Positions 9,221-18,105 of a stretch of 44,209 nucleotides of DNA are shown here, one piece after another. The notes beneath the pieces are model-generated. The model had not been told where the DNA came from and ran no database searches. It saw only the letters and a list, made by a program, of their open reading frames with translations. The stretch spans positions 1 through 44,209 of the forward strand of contig VRUI01000039.1 in assembly GCA_019456225.1 (NCBI GenBank), in the 5' to 3' direction. Position 1 is the first letter of the stretch; each line of letters begins with the position of its first letter. This DNA comes from Planctomycetota bacterium (GTDB lineage Bacteria > Planctomycetota > Phycisphaerae > Sedimentisphaerales > Anaerohalosphaeraceae). Both the position numbers and the translations under genes were made by a program.

Positions 9221-10936
9221 TTAAAGCTCAGTTACAATGAACCGTTTTTCGCTTCCTTTGGCCAGGTCGACTTTCAGACCTTCAATGAGTTGACGGCCTG
9301 TGTAGACTTTAACTTTGCCGCCGATTTCTGTAACTTTGTATTTCTTATCGGCGTCGACCGTGAACCATTCCGGGAATGAGTTTATTCGCGGGTAATCCAG
9401 GGGCATGTTAAAAAACGTGCGGTGCCGCGGCTGATCGAAACGCAATTTTCCGGACCAGTCGGCATCGCCGGCGGTAACCGATATCGCAATCCCATCGCCT
9501 GACGGTGTTTCTACTGCGCCAAATGCCAGGTCCTTACGCCAGTTGAAGGTATGCACACCGAGCGTTTTCCACAGGCAGTACATCAAGCTTGTCCGACAGA
9601 AATTCCCATCCGGATGTCCTAGATGGCTGTATTCCTTATCGCCCTGCATACCCCACATCACCTGTGTTTCGCTGTCAATCCATTTAGTCACCCTCGACAA
9701 TCGCAATCGGTTATTCAGGTTTATCGCACCTTCGATCGCATCAGCATAACCGTCGGACGAATTGCCCTCCCATTTGAAGTTTCGGTACTTTTCCTGATCG
9801 AGGTTCTCAAGTCCGCGGATCATTTCACGGCGGTATCTTTCAACTTTGCGACGCAAAGCAGGGTCTTGCGAATTACGGTCGATCATATAAACGATATAGA
9901 ATGCGTTGTACACATAGCCGAAGTTATCAGCGGTTCTGCCCTGCCGCTTCTTTTTCCCGGGATACATATTATCATGGAACAATCCATCCTCATTGCGGCC
10001 GTATTTTAGAATAACATCGAGCATTTCATAGATCGGGGCGCGGTACAGGTCGGCTTTTCGATCACCAAGAAGCGAAAGCATCGCATAGAGTTCTGTCAGT
10101 CCGCTAACGATCTCGTTGCCGTGGTCACGAAGCCTTAGATACTCAAGGTCGCGTGTGGGGTGATGATTTCCGAGCAGATAGTGGTCGCCGAGTCGTATGG
10201 CCCAGTCTTTGTAACGGGGATCTTTAGTGGCCCAGTAAAGACGCGGGAGTACCTGGAGTTGTTCTCCGTGTGCCTCGACGTTATGCCTTGCTGACAAATC
10301 CTTTGAAGCGATCACAATCGGCTTGCCCTGGTCGCTGGTTCCGTTGGCATGGGCCGACCAAAGCTCGTCTGTAATCTGGATCATGCGGTCGTACCATGGT
10401 GTTTTCGTTCCGAGCCACTCGCTGATCGGCATCAGGCCATCTTTACAGTATTCAGACACACTAAATGTCATCGCGTATTGGTCAGGTTTTGGGCGGTGAA
10501 AGCAGTTTTTTGTAACATTCCAGTTATCTGGCAGAATACGGCGGCCATGGCCGAAATCGCGGGATGTGAGGGCTATCTCGCTTTTGAGCATATCGAGCAT
10601 TTCGCCGGTATAACGGCTGCGTACGGTAAGTGCAGAGGTTAGGACATGAAAAGCATAGTTGTCTGCTGCAGCATTGTGGACGTTCCAAACTTTTGTTCGT
10701 TTTGGGTCGAAAACTGCACGGTCGCCAAATAATTGGCTGGGGCCGCTGCGTTGTTTGATCCAGAATCCCGTACTGCGCTGACTGCGCTCAAAACCTTCAC
10801 TAGCCAGTTCGGCGTTTTTGGCAGCCTTTTTCCAGTTAATGCCAGGAGGATCAAGAACCGTGGAGGTGTCTGCAAAAACCTCGGCAGTCAAACAACCCAA
10901 CAACCCAATAGCTAACAGCATGTATTTCAATTTCAT
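9221..10936 (-). CDS. Secreted 570-aa protein of unknown function; glycan-active enzyme context suspected
   Basis: Clean signal peptide MKLKYMLLAIGLLGCLTAEVFA from the second ATG (10936). The maximal ORF extends to 10948 (MEYIMKLKY...). Trp/Tyr-rich globular protein next to sulfatase genes. No motif I can name confidently. Confidence 0.55.
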   Translation of the reverse strand: MKLKYMLLAIGLLGCLTAEVFADTSTVLDPPGINWKKAAKNAELASEGFERSQRSTGFWIKQRSGPSQLFGDRAVFDPKRTKVWNVHNAAADNYAFHVLTSALTVRSRYTGEMLDMLKSEIALTSRDFGHGRRILPDNWNVTKNCFHRPKPDQYAMTFSVSEYCKDGLMPISEWLGTKTPWYDRMIQITDELWSAHANGTSDQGKPIVIASKDLSARHNVEAHGEQLQVLPRLYWATKDPRYKDWAIRLGDHYLLGNHHPTRDLEYLRLRDHGNEIVSGLTELYAMLSLLGDRKADLYRAPIYEMLDVILKYGRNEDGLFHDNMYPGKKKRQGRTADNFGYVYNAFYIVYMIDRNSQDPALRRKVERYRREMIRGLENLDQEKYRNFKWEGNSSDGYADAIEGAINLNNRLRLSRVTKWIDSETQVMWGMQGDKEYSHLGHPDGNFCRTSLMYCLWKTLGVHTFNWRKDLAFGAVETPSGDGIAISVTAGDADWSGKLRFDQPRHRTFFNMPLDYPRINSFPEWFTVDADKKYKVTEIGGKVKVYTGRQLIEGLKVDLAKGSEKRFIVTEL

Positions 10937-10976
10937 AATATACTCCATATTTTCAATTTCATAATATACTCCATAT
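10925..10976. repeat. Perfect 2 x 26-bp tandem duplication spanning the RBS/start of the 9221..10936 gene
   Basis: tttcaatttcataatatactccatat repeated twice. On the minus strand it duplicates GGAG-N-ATGAAATTGAAA and creates a 9-13 codon upstream ORF. The uORF TGA overlaps the main ATG (ATGA). Confidence 0.85.
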
Positions 10977-11116
10977 TTTCAAAGCCAACAAACACTATAC
11001 TGTAAATCCCGCCAAAATGCCACTTTCATGAGTATTAAACGTTCAGCGACCATAAAATAATGCTGGAAAATCCAATTTTACTGAAAATGGGTTCGTTTGG
11101 TTATTTTGTATGTTTG

Positions 11117-11266
11117 CACTACTGTCCGGACGTTGTAAGTTTTATAATTGATAAGTCTTTAAAATATAAGGAGTTACGTTAAAAACAGGTTCTTTCCGAT
11201 TTGAACTCAGAATTATTGTATAATCCTCTTAAAAAGGGGCTGCAATGAATTCTGGTAAAATGGTAT
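11117..11266. repeat. 150-bp direct repeat, copy 2
   Basis: See copy 1 (5896-6045). Same orientation, 5.07 kb apart. Confidence 0.9.
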
Positions 11267-11509
11267 TTTCTCAAATAATGGATTGTTTGCCCTGGTGGCG
11301 ATTTCATTCGATAGTAAAGCAGTACCGTGGCAACCATAAAGTAAGAGTCCCCACATCTCATCGTTGATGAATATTCCCCTGTATTTGACCGATGGGGATT
11401 TCTGTATGAACCTGCCGGACTTGATGTAGATCGAGTCGCTCTTTTTTACCGCGACGTCGGCGAAATAATACCAGGGCGATACGCCCATCTGTTTTGATAT
11501 TTCGAGCAA
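11213..11509 (-). pseudogene. N-terminal fragment of a glycoside hydrolase-like protein truncated at the 150-bp repeat
   Basis: 98-aa ORF containing 'KYRGIFINDEMWGL'. This resembles the RGIF(L/I)NDE motif near the N-terminus of GH115-type hydrolases, recalled from memory. The reading frame runs into repeat copy 2 and stops. No full-length gene follows. Confidence 0.3.
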
Positions 11510-11593
11510 TCCGTAAGCGGTGCCGCGACGGCAATGCCGGCAACGACAGCATGCTTCATGAAACTTCGTCTTGTAATCATATTGAGTTCCTAT

Positions 11594-13165
11594 TTATTTC
11601 GGTGTCTGATTTTTCAGCTGCGGGAAGCGTTCGGTAATCTTCTTATTAAAAGGTATTTCCCCTTCATTGTTAACTGGTTTACCGGGTGTTGATCTTCCGT
11701 TGCTTATCTCTTTCTGGAGAAGATCGACGAGTATGTTTACAATGCCCAGATTTGGTTTATTAATGTCATTTTTCTCGGACGGATCGGCTTTGAGGTTATA
11801 GAGTTGTATTCCGCCGGGGTTTACTTTCCAGGCGTTTTTGCCCCTTGGTGCGCTCCATCCGCCGGAACCGGGAGCGAGAATGAGCTTCAAGTGTCCATGA
11901 CGGATTGCGAAAGAACCGTTGACGCTGTGATGGATGGCGGTTGTGCGGGCGGTTTTTCCCTTTTTCAGCAGGTCTGGCAGGAATGAGAAACTGTCTTCGG
12001 CGGCGGCGTTGGGGATATTCTTTGCGGCATTTAGGATCTCGGCGGCGGTTTTGTAGAAATCGGTTGTCACTACTATGCTGTCGGAAGTCGAACCCGCTTT
12101 AACCTTTCCCGGCCAGCGAACGATAAATGGGACGCGGTGTCCGCCTTCATAGATGTCGGCTTTGTGTCCTCGCCAGTCGGCGTTGGGCTTGTGGCCTTTG
12201 GCGATGAGAGCGGGGATTTTTGCCGCCGGCGAGCAGCCGTTGTCTGTTGTAAAGAGTACGAGGGTGTTGCCCGCGATGCCCTGCTCATCTAGCTCGGCGA
12301 GAACTTCACCGACAACCCAGTCGGTTTCCATTACAAAATCGCCATACGTGTTAAAACCGGATTTACCTTGCCATCTTTTGGACGGAACATGCGGTGTATG
12401 CGGAGAGGTCAGCGGCAGATAGAGGAAGAATGGTTTGGATTTGTCGGCGGCTTGCTGCTTTATATAGTTGCGTGACTGTGCGGCAAAATCTCGGAGACAG
12501 TTGACGGCTTCGAAATCGGCGGCAGCGGGGCCGGGCCGGTAGAACGCCTTGATCTTTGTCGGAACAGCTGTGGACATGTCGTTTTTGATGTATACATAGG
12601 GCGGCATGTCGAGTGAGGCGGGGATTCCCCAGAAGTAATCAAAACCGATGTGGGTCGGTCCGTGGGTGATCGGTTTGGTGTAGTCTATGTTCCAGCCTTT
12701 GCCGATTGATCGTCCGTCATCTGCTTTGCCCTTTTGGCCATTTGGAAGCATTTGCCAGTCGAGTCCGAGGTGCCATTTGCCCACACATGCGGTGTGATAA
12801 CCCTGCTGCTGTAGGAATTTGGGCAGGGTTACGCGGTCTTTGGAGATAAGCGGTTTTGAAGGCGGCCAGAGTACGCCATTTTTCAGACGCGAACGCCAGT
12901 TATATCGACCGGTCAGTATACCGTAACGTGTGGGCGTGCAGACCGAACTGGTCGTATGGGCATCGGTAAAACGCATTCCCTCTGCGGCAAGCCGGTCGCA
13001 ATTGGGGGTGGCGATCTTACCGCCTGCGTGAGCAACATCTCCATAACCCATGTCATCGGCGAGGATAAACACCAAGTTGGGTTTTTCTGCAGCGAAAACA
13101 GAACACACAAACAGGGCGCACAACGAACATATAACAAAATGAATTTTCATATCGTAACCTTTCAT
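11594..13165 (-). CDS. Sulfatase (S1 family, formylglycine-dependent), secreted
   Basis: Signal peptide. 'NLVFILADDMGYGDV'. 'CTPTRYGILTGRY' (C-x-P-x-R FGly motif). 'GKWHLG'. 523 aa. Confidence 0.9.
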   Translation of the reverse strand: MKGYDMKIHFVICSLCALFVCSVFAAEKPNLVFILADDMGYGDVAHAGGKIATPNCDRLAAEGMRFTDAHTTSSVCTPTRYGILTGRYNWRSRLKNGVLWPPSKPLISKDRVTLPKFLQQQGYHTACVGKWHLGLDWQMLPNGQKGKADDGRSIGKGWNIDYTKPITHGPTHIGFDYFWGIPASLDMPPYVYIKNDMSTAVPTKIKAFYRPGPAAADFEAVNCLRDFAAQSRNYIKQQAADKSKPFFLYLPLTSPHTPHVPSKRWQGKSGFNTYGDFVMETDWVVGEVLAELDEQGIAGNTLVLFTTDNGCSPAAKIPALIAKGHKPNADWRGHKADIYEGGHRVPFIVRWPGKVKAGSTSDSIVVTTDFYKTAAEILNAAKNIPNAAAEDSFSFLPDLLKKGKTARTTAIHHSVNGSFAIRHGHLKLILAPGSGGWSAPRGKNAWKVNPGGIQLYNLKADPSEKNDINKPNLGIVNILVDLLQKEISNGRSTPGKPVNNEGEIPFNKKITERFPQLKNQTPK

Positions 13166-13171
13166 ACTAAA

Positions 13172-14623
13172 TTAAAATTTTGGCTTCCAGTTAGGTATAC
13201 CTTTTTCGTTTTTTTGTTTTTTGAACTGCTCAATGAACGGCTTTCCAGTATCGAGCGGAGCGTCTTCGTTTACAAGCATTGGTTTAATTTCTGTCCACCA
13301 TGCGTCGTAGGCTTTGAGCATTTCTTTTACGACTTTTGGGTTTTGGTCGGCGACGTTGGCTTGCTGGCCGGGGTCTGCGTCTATGTTATAAAGTTCATCT
13401 TTGCCGGTCAGACGCCATTTTTCGTTTCTGACGGCGAAACCTTTGAACTTTGCGTTTTCGGGATCGGTATCCCCTTTGCCCCTTCGCCCGGGAGCGCCTT
13501 TCTTATTCCAGCGGCCTTTGTGGAAGACGGTGTATCTGTCGGCCCATTCGGCTTTTGGATTTTTGATAAGAGGCATCAGGCTTTTTCCGTCGAGTTTGTA
13601 ACCGGCAGGCAGTTTTGCGCCTGCGAATTCGGCTAGGGTTGGGAAGAGGTCGTAATGCCTTGCAAGGCGGTCGACGTCGACGCCTGGTTTGATCTTGCCG
13701 GGCCATCTCATAAACAGCGGAACCCTGGAACCGCCTTCGTGATGAGAACCTTTGGCACCTTTCATTCCGTAATTGTAAACTCGGCTGCCGCGCGCAGAAC
13801 CATTATCGGTCATAAAGATCAGAAGCGTATCATTGGCAAGGTTCCAGTCGTCAAGCTTTTTCATGAGCAAACCCATATTCTCGTCGATGTTTGTTATCAT
13901 GCCCAGAAATGCCACAGTATCGCCTTTGCACTTATCTTCGTAGAGTTTCTTGTATTTGTCTGCGACGATGAACGGGCCGTGCGGAGCATTTGTCGGGATA
14001 TAGGCGAAGAAGGGTTTGTCTTTTGTCTGCTTGATCCAGGTCAGTGCCTGCTGGAAGAATACGTCCGTGCAATAGCCCTTTGTTTTTACGATCGTACCGT
14101 TGTGCTTGATGAACGGATCGAAATAGCTTGTACCTGGAATAGCGCCTTGCGTACCGGGATAGTTCTGGCCGATACCGCCTGCACCATGGATAAATACTTC
14201 GTCAAAACCGCGTTGATCTGGTTGATAAGCGTCATCGTCGCCAAGGTGCCATTTGCCGAAGATACCGGTCGTGTAACCGGCAGTTTTCAGAACTTCGGCA
14301 ACGGTGGTAGCGCTAAGTGCCATGCGTTCGCGTTCGAGAATCGTGTGTGTTACGCCGTTTTTAAAAGGAGCCCTGCCGCTCATCAGTGCCGAACGAGTCG
14401 GGGCACATGTCGGGCTTACGTGGAAGTCAGTGAAGCGTGTGCTCTGGGTATAGAGCTTGTCAAGGTTGGGCGTCTTGATAAACGGGTGGCCATGACAGGC
14501 GAGGTCGCCGTAACCCTGATCATCAGTCATTACCAGAATAATATTTGGTTTGGACGCGAAAGATACCCCGCATAAAACTGACAATACTAAAAACATCGCT
14601 ATTACTGCTGACTTGCTCTTCAT
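13172..14623 (-). CDS. Sulfatase (S1 family), secreted
   Basis: Signal peptide. 'PNIILVMTDDQGYGDL'. 'CAPTRSALMSGR'. 'GKWHLG'. 483 aa. Only 6 bp from the downstream sulfatase. Confidence 0.9.
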   Translation of the reverse strand: MKSKSAVIAMFLVLSVLCGVSFASKPNIILVMTDDQGYGDLACHGHPFIKTPNLDKLYTQSTRFTDFHVSPTCAPTRSALMSGRAPFKNGVTHTILERERMALSATTVAEVLKTAGYTTGIFGKWHLGDDDAYQPDQRGFDEVFIHGAGGIGQNYPGTQGAIPGTSYFDPFIKHNGTIVKTKGYCTDVFFQQALTWIKQTKDKPFFAYIPTNAPHGPFIVADKYKKLYEDKCKGDTVAFLGMITNIDENMGLLMKKLDDWNLANDTLLIFMTDNGSARGSRVYNYGMKGAKGSHHEGGSRVPLFMRWPGKIKPGVDVDRLARHYDLFPTLAEFAGAKLPAGYKLDGKSLMPLIKNPKAEWADRYTVFHKGRWNKKGAPGRRGKGDTDPENAKFKGFAVRNEKWRLTGKDELYNIDADPGQQANVADQNPKVVKEMLKAYDAWWTEIKPMLVNEDAPLDTGKPFIEQFKKQKNEKGIPNWKPKF

Positions 14624-15027
14624 AATTTAACCCTTCTTAAAATTGTCCTTGTTTCTGTAACAGTGCGGGCGCGGCCCACGTCAAATTGATATGTGTCTTT
14701 TGCGGCGATCTTAACCGGCCAGAAACCTCCGTTATTTACTCCGGAAAGAACGTGACTCTGGTTCCAGGTATGACGGCCTTTTTCGTCATCAACGATCCAC
14801 CCGTCCGGGACAAGCGATGTTTCCTGCTCGTATTGCGATCCGATGATCGGCCGCGGATAGGGGTAAGCTGCCATATTAAGTTTATCCCAGTGACGCTCGT
14901 AGCGTTTTCTCAGATCGGCAACTACCCTGGTTTTTTTTTCTGCGATGTTTTGCTTTTGCCTGGAATCTGTCTTTATTTCGTAAAGTTCTTCTCCATTAAT
15001 CAGCCGCCTTGCATCTTTTAATAGAAA
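14620..15027 (-). pseudogene. Sulfatase C-terminal domain remnant (third tandem sulfatase copy, N-terminal catalytic domain missing)
   Basis: Minus-strand translation upstream of the 84-aa ORF reads ...KDARRLINGEELYEIKTDSRQKQNIAEKKTRVVADLRKRYERHWDKLNMAAYPYP... This is the conserved 'LYNLKxDPxExxNL' C-terminal region of sulfatases. The frame opens only at a TGA at about 15028-15030. No FGly motif or metal-binding N-terminus is present. AT-rich non-coding DNA lies upstream. Confidence 0.5.
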
Positions 15028-15422
15028 TCATTTCTACCCTCATCTTTATTATTGTTTAGTTTAACGCAGCTGTATCGCTGAGCCGCTTTATCAATATAAT
15101 AGCGAAACTGCCTGGAAAACTCAATTCGAAATGAAGAAAATCAGGTTTTTGTCGCTTTCATCAGTTCATGTTTTGATCAAAAAACACTGATATTTGCCGA
15201 TCTGATCAAAAACTTTGTCTTTAGACTTGCCTGAACGGCTATTATACTGTAATATTTTTCAATTACTCATAGTTTCTGTAATTTAAGAGGCTTGCTGGAT
15301 TTGGAAGTGCATTTTTGGGCCAGAATCGCTTTTAATCTCAATATTTTGCGATTTCTGCCATGCTATACCGTTTTCCGGAAGCCTATAAAGCAATAAAGGC
15401 TTAATTCAGGAGATATAGAAAA

Positions 15423-17456
15423 GTGGCAAGTATTCAAGACATTCGCAATATTGTATTCCTCGGTCATGGCGGAGCCGGAAAAACCTCGCTCGTTGAAGCG
15501 ATCCTTCACATCACCGGCAAGATTAACCGACTCGGAACTATCGATGACAAAAACACCGTCTGCGACTTCAACGATGAAGAAAAGCAGCGTGGTAATTCTA
15601 TCCGTTCGGCAATAGCATACACCGAGCACGAAGGCAAGACGGTCAACATGATCGACACCCCCGGTTACCCTGGCTTTATCGCCGGTGCCCTTCAGTCGAT
15701 CCCAGCCGGCGAAGCATCGATCGTCGTCATCAGCGCAGCAGCCGGTATCGAAGTAAACACACGCAAACTGTTCGCCGCCTCTAAAAATGCAGGCAAACCG
15801 ATCATTATCGTAGTAAACAAGATCGACGCCGAAAATGTCGACACGAGCGACATCATAAACAGCATCCAGGAAATGTTCGGTCCCGAGTGCAAATGTGCAA
15901 ACCTCCCCGCCGACGACAAAGGGTCTGTAATAGACTGTGTCATCAACGAAACCGGAGACTGCTCGGCAATGGACGTCGCAGAGGCACACATGGAACTTCT
16001 CGAAACAATAATCGAAGCAGACGACGATGTCATGGAAGCCTACCTCAGCGGCGACGAAGTCACACCCGATCAGATCGCAAGCGTATTTGTCAAGGCCCTC
16101 GCCGAAGGAACCATCGTCCCGATAATCTTTACCGACTCACGCAAAGAGATCGGCATCAAGGAACTGCTCGACCTGGTAGTAAAAATCGTACCATCTCCGG
16201 ACAAAGCAAAACCGGCGATCCTCATCGACGGCGAAGAGGAAAAAGAAATCGCCGCAGACCCCAACGGCCCTCTCGCGGGCCAAGTCATAAGGGTTGGCTT
16301 CGACCCTCGCTCGAACATGAAGTATTCGACAATCCGCATGTTCAGCGGCAAGTTGGACCCACACACAAACCTGTTTATTAACAACGCCAAGAAAGGCATC
16401 CGCCCGGGCCATCCGATACAGATGCAGGGCGGCGACGCACACGAGATCGACACCGCTACTGCCGGCCAGATCGTTTCACTCGCAAAGCTCGACGAACTCA
16501 AACTCGGTGACTTGGTTCACGACGGCAAAATGAAGGGTAAATTCCCAATGCCGCCGTTCCCGAAACCGATGTTCGCACTGGCAATGGAGCCTGCATCAAG
16601 AGGCGACGAAAACAAGATCGGCGCAGCACTGGACAAACTCTGTGAAGAGGACGCATGCTTTACCGTCCACATGGACTCTCAGACACACGAACGTGTTATC
16701 AGCGGACTTGGCGATCTGCACCTTCGCGTAATGCTTTCAGAGATGGAAAACCGCTACAAAGTAAAAGTCAACACCAAGCAGCCCAAGATCCCTTACCACG
16801 AAACCATCCTCGCAAAAGCCGAAGGCCACTACCGTCACAAAAAGCAGTCCGGTGGTGCCGGTCAGTTTGGCGAGGTTTACCTGCGAATCGAACCTGGCGA
16901 ACGTGACTCAGATCCTTCTATGGAATTCAGCTGGGACATCTTCGGCGGCTCTATCCCGGGCCAGTTCGAACCGGCTGTCATCAAGGGCATCAACGATGTA
17001 ATGTCAACAGGCGTACTCGCCGGATTCCCGCTGCAGGATGTTAAAGTATCCGTCTATGACGGCAAATACCACGCCGTTGACTCCAAAGAAGTCGCGTTCA
17101 GAGCAGCCGGAAAAGGAGCTTTCATAGACGCGGTCAAAAACGCAAAACCATCGCTGCTGGAACCTATCGTTCACATGGAAGTAACAGTCCCCGCCGACAA
17201 CATGGGTGACATCACAGGCGACCTGGCAGGCAGAAGAGGTCGCATCGAAGGACAGGACATGCTCCCGGGCAACATGGTAATCATCAAGGCGCTGGTACCG
17301 CTGTCGGAAGTAACCCAGTACAACAGCCAGCTAAAGAGTGTAACCGGCGGACAGGGAAGCTACTCAATGGAACTTAGCCACTACGACCCGACCCCGCCAA
17401 ACATACAGCAGCAGGTAATAGCTCAGTACCAGGCAGAAAAGAACAAAGAAGAATAA
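15423..17456 (+). CDS. Elongation factor G-family translational GTPase (EF-G paralog, stand-alone)
   Basis: GTG start with AGGAG upstream. G1 'GHGGAGKTS', 'DTPGYPGF', 'NKID'. EF-G domain IV/V-like C-terminus. 677 aa. Not in an rpsL-rpsG-fusA-tuf context. Confidence 0.85.
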   Translation: MASIQDIRNIVFLGHGGAGKTSLVEAILHITGKINRLGTIDDKNTVCDFNDEEKQRGNSIRSAIAYTEHEGKTVNMIDTPGYPGFIAGALQSIPAGEASIVVISAAAGIEVNTRKLFAASKNAGKPIIIVVNKIDAENVDTSDIINSIQEMFGPECKCANLPADDKGSVIDCVINETGDCSAMDVAEAHMELLETIIEADDDVMEAYLSGDEVTPDQIASVFVKALAEGTIVPIIFTDSRKEIGIKELLDLVVKIVPSPDKAKPAILIDGEEEKEIAADPNGPLAGQVIRVGFDPRSNMKYSTIRMFSGKLDPHTNLFINNAKKGIRPGHPIQMQGGDAHEIDTATAGQIVSLAKLDELKLGDLVHDGKMKGKFPMPPFPKPMFALAMEPASRGDENKIGAALDKLCEEDACFTVHMDSQTHERVISGLGDLHLRVMLSEMENRYKVKVNTKQPKIPYHETILAKAEGHYRHKKQSGGAGQFGEVYLRIEPGERDSDPSMEFSWDIFGGSIPGQFEPAVIKGINDVMSTGVLAGFPLQDVKVSVYDGKYHAVDSKEVAFRAAGKGAFIDAVKNAKPSLLEPIVHMEVTVPADNMGDITGDLAGRRGRIEGQDMLPGNMVIIKALVPLSEVTQYNSQLKSVTGGQGSYSMELSHYDPTPPNIQQQVIAQYQAEKNKEE

Positions 17457-17462
17457 CAAAAA

Positions 17463-17485
17463 CCCGAAGCGCGAGCGCAGGGATA
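17463..17485 (+). promoter_or_regulatory. Conserved intergenic motif CCCGAAGCGC-N-AGCGCAGGGATA, copy 1 of 3
   Basis: Near-identical 23-nt core, with a shared AAAA[AG] 5' extension, also at 24753-24775 and 32291-32313. All copies are in + orientation and embedded in C/A-rich, G-poor DNA. Confidence 0.6.
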
Positions 17486-17536
17486 GAAGCGATCAAGCAA
17501 CGCCCGCAAAACACCGCATAAGATCGCTGAAAAACA

Positions 17537-18085
17537 ATGAAAAATATTTTGAGTCCCCTGCATCGTCAGGGGGCTCAAAACTTTCACCAAACACCGGAAA
17601 CCGCTATGAGCCAGGCGAGATCGCAAAACCCTGTGGGGGATTTTCCTTTGCGTAGGAAACGCGGTTTCGTACTCCAGATGACACCGATGATCGACGTGAT
17701 CTTTCTGCTGCTTACATTTTTCCTGCTCACCGCCAACTTTCGCACCCCGGAAGATTTTTTACCGATACGGCTGCCCGACAAACAGGCCCCGCAAATACCT
17801 TCGATAATAGAACCGCTGTCCATTGCCATCGCCGCGACACAGATCGGCTTTGAAGTTCAGATCGCAGACTTTGGCGCCATCGCCATCGAAAACGCGACAC
17901 TGGACCGGGGACTCGCCGCTTTTGCAAACAAACTAAAGAGCACAATTCAGTCACAGAAAAGAAGGCCCCACGACCCGGTGGAAATTGACTGCGGCGACGA
18001 GGTAACCTGGGATCACCTGGTCAAAATATACAACATACTGCACGCAATGGGAATAGACAACATAACCTTCAATTTAACTAACTAA
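17537..18085 (+). CDS. ExbD/TolR-family biopolymer transport protein (orphan)
   Basis: 'MTPMIDVIFLLLTFFLLTANF' is the characteristic ExbD/TolR N-terminal TM segment. A more typical start may be the internal ATG at about 17603 (MSQAR...). No adjacent ExbB/TolQ. Confidence 0.55.
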   Translation: MKNILSPLHRQGAQNFHQTPETAMSQARSQNPVGDFPLRRKRGFVLQMTPMIDVIFLLLTFFLLTANFRTPEDFLPIRLPDKQAPQIPSIIEPLSIAIAATQIGFEVQIADFGAIAIENATLDRGLAAFANKLKSTIQSQKRRPHDPVEIDCGDEVTWDHLVKIYNILHAMGIDNITFNLTN

Positions 18086-18105
18086 ATCGCTAATCGCTAA
18101 ATCAG

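Noticed and set aside
15887-16381. Arg-rich 164-aa ORF within the EF-G paralog gene
   Set aside because: It is an alternate-frame artefact of a GC-rich gene with unmistakable GTPase motifs in the main frame.
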